Below are positions 63,335-64,000 of a stretch of 64,000 bases of DNA, piece after piece; the first letter of the stretch is position 1; every line of letters begins with the position of its first letter. A program made the translations under genes and the position numbers. The stretch is from Mobula hypostoma (lineage: Eukaryota), in the NCBI RefSeq assembly GCF_963921235.1, contig NC_086097.1, positions 250,916,001-250,980,000 on the forward strand, given 5' to 3'. Under the pieces are notes generated by a model. That model had not been told where the DNA came from. It ran no database searches and saw only the letters and a list, made by a program, of their open reading frames with translations.

Positions 63335-63975
63335 CTCAGAGAGGGCATGTGTCCACTTGCCAAACATCCTTTTGTTTTCTGATACACCTGTGAGCCTCAG
63401 CGTGGGCCTGTCCCAGCACTGACCTGGTTTTTCCACAATTATAAAAGGCATTGTTGAACATAGTGAATTTTCTGACCTTGTTACTGCACTGTTGCTCTGA
63501 CTTCCCTGTGAACCACCGAGTGTAGAAATCTCAAGTTGGATATAAACCACAGCAGAAGGCGTTCAATCTTAACATCTCTTCTCTGTGTACTTCAGCCATG
63601 AAGCCCCCAAGATAATAAATCATCCACGATAGAATGGCAGAGCAAACTTAACGGACTGAATGGCCTAATTCTACTCCGATGTTTTAGGGTCTAAGTATGC
63701 AGGATTCTTTTCCTAGGGACCTCACTATTGGTGATCCAGCAGTCCCAAATGACCAAAGATATTCCTGGAGACTGATGATGTACGTACGATATTTAATCAT
63801 TGCTGTTTGAAATAGGTGACAACCTCTCACAACCATACAGAGGAGTGCACAACATTGAAGCTTGATAGATACCTTCAACTCCAGCATTAGTTCCTTGTGT
63901 GAATGAAGCAATATTCCTGATTCTCTCTGCCATGCTGAATTTAGTGCACACATTGGGGAACTTGTTTGTCCTAAT
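63335..63975 (-). mobile_element. Highly decayed RTE-clade LINE 3' remnant
   Basis: Broken frames give IYQASMLCTPLYGCE, HHQS..W..WITNSEV and WDRPTLR, typical of the RTE RT C-terminus. Confidence 0.6.
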
Positions 63976-64000
63976 TAAATGATCTTGGCCCGAAACATCA

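Noticed and set aside
63194..63953. Two minus-strand ORFs as novel coding exons
   Set aside because: Better explained as off-frame readings of a decayed RTE LINE interrupted by CR1 tails.
48033..64000. FSBP (nested in RAD54B in human) or RAD54B exon 3
   Set aside because: No Myb/SANT-like FSBP peptide or RAD54B-like exon found in the frames examined; probably upstream of the window.

Overview
Vertebrate genomic DNA; the repeat repertoire (CR1 with esterase ORF1, Rex1/Babar, Penelope, V-SINE) suggests a cartilaginous fish such as a ray, which is an inference. The window lies inside one minus-strand gene, RAD54B. Eight consecutive internal coding exons (human-equivalent exons 4-11, 48032 down to 4775, 1777 nt) all have AG/GT boundaries and splice into one open frame covering the N-terminal region, SNF2 ATPase motifs I-III and the start of the helicase C lobe. 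The introns are mostly nested transposons: CR1, Rex1/Babar and RTE LINEs, two decayed Ty3/gypsy elements, SINEs, a hAT-like MITE and many Penelope-like (GIY-YIG) copies. The most interesting signal is a minimal type I hammerhead ribozyme (CAGUC-CUGANGA-stem II-GAAA-CG-UC-GACUG) in the Penelope-like 3' repeat, seen about 14 times. It occurs in short fold-back mini-elements with two back-to-back hammerheads (one has a 14-bp TSD) and in a ~1-kb inverted pair that brackets RAD54B exon 6. Other oddities are a ~750-bp CR1/Rex1 palindrome, an 11 x 43-bp minisatellite born inside a gypsy integrase, and 91-bp monomer arrays in CR1 5' UTRs. Most ORFs in the supplied track are TE fragments or antisense noise. 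Repeat boundaries are approximate and were read by eye.
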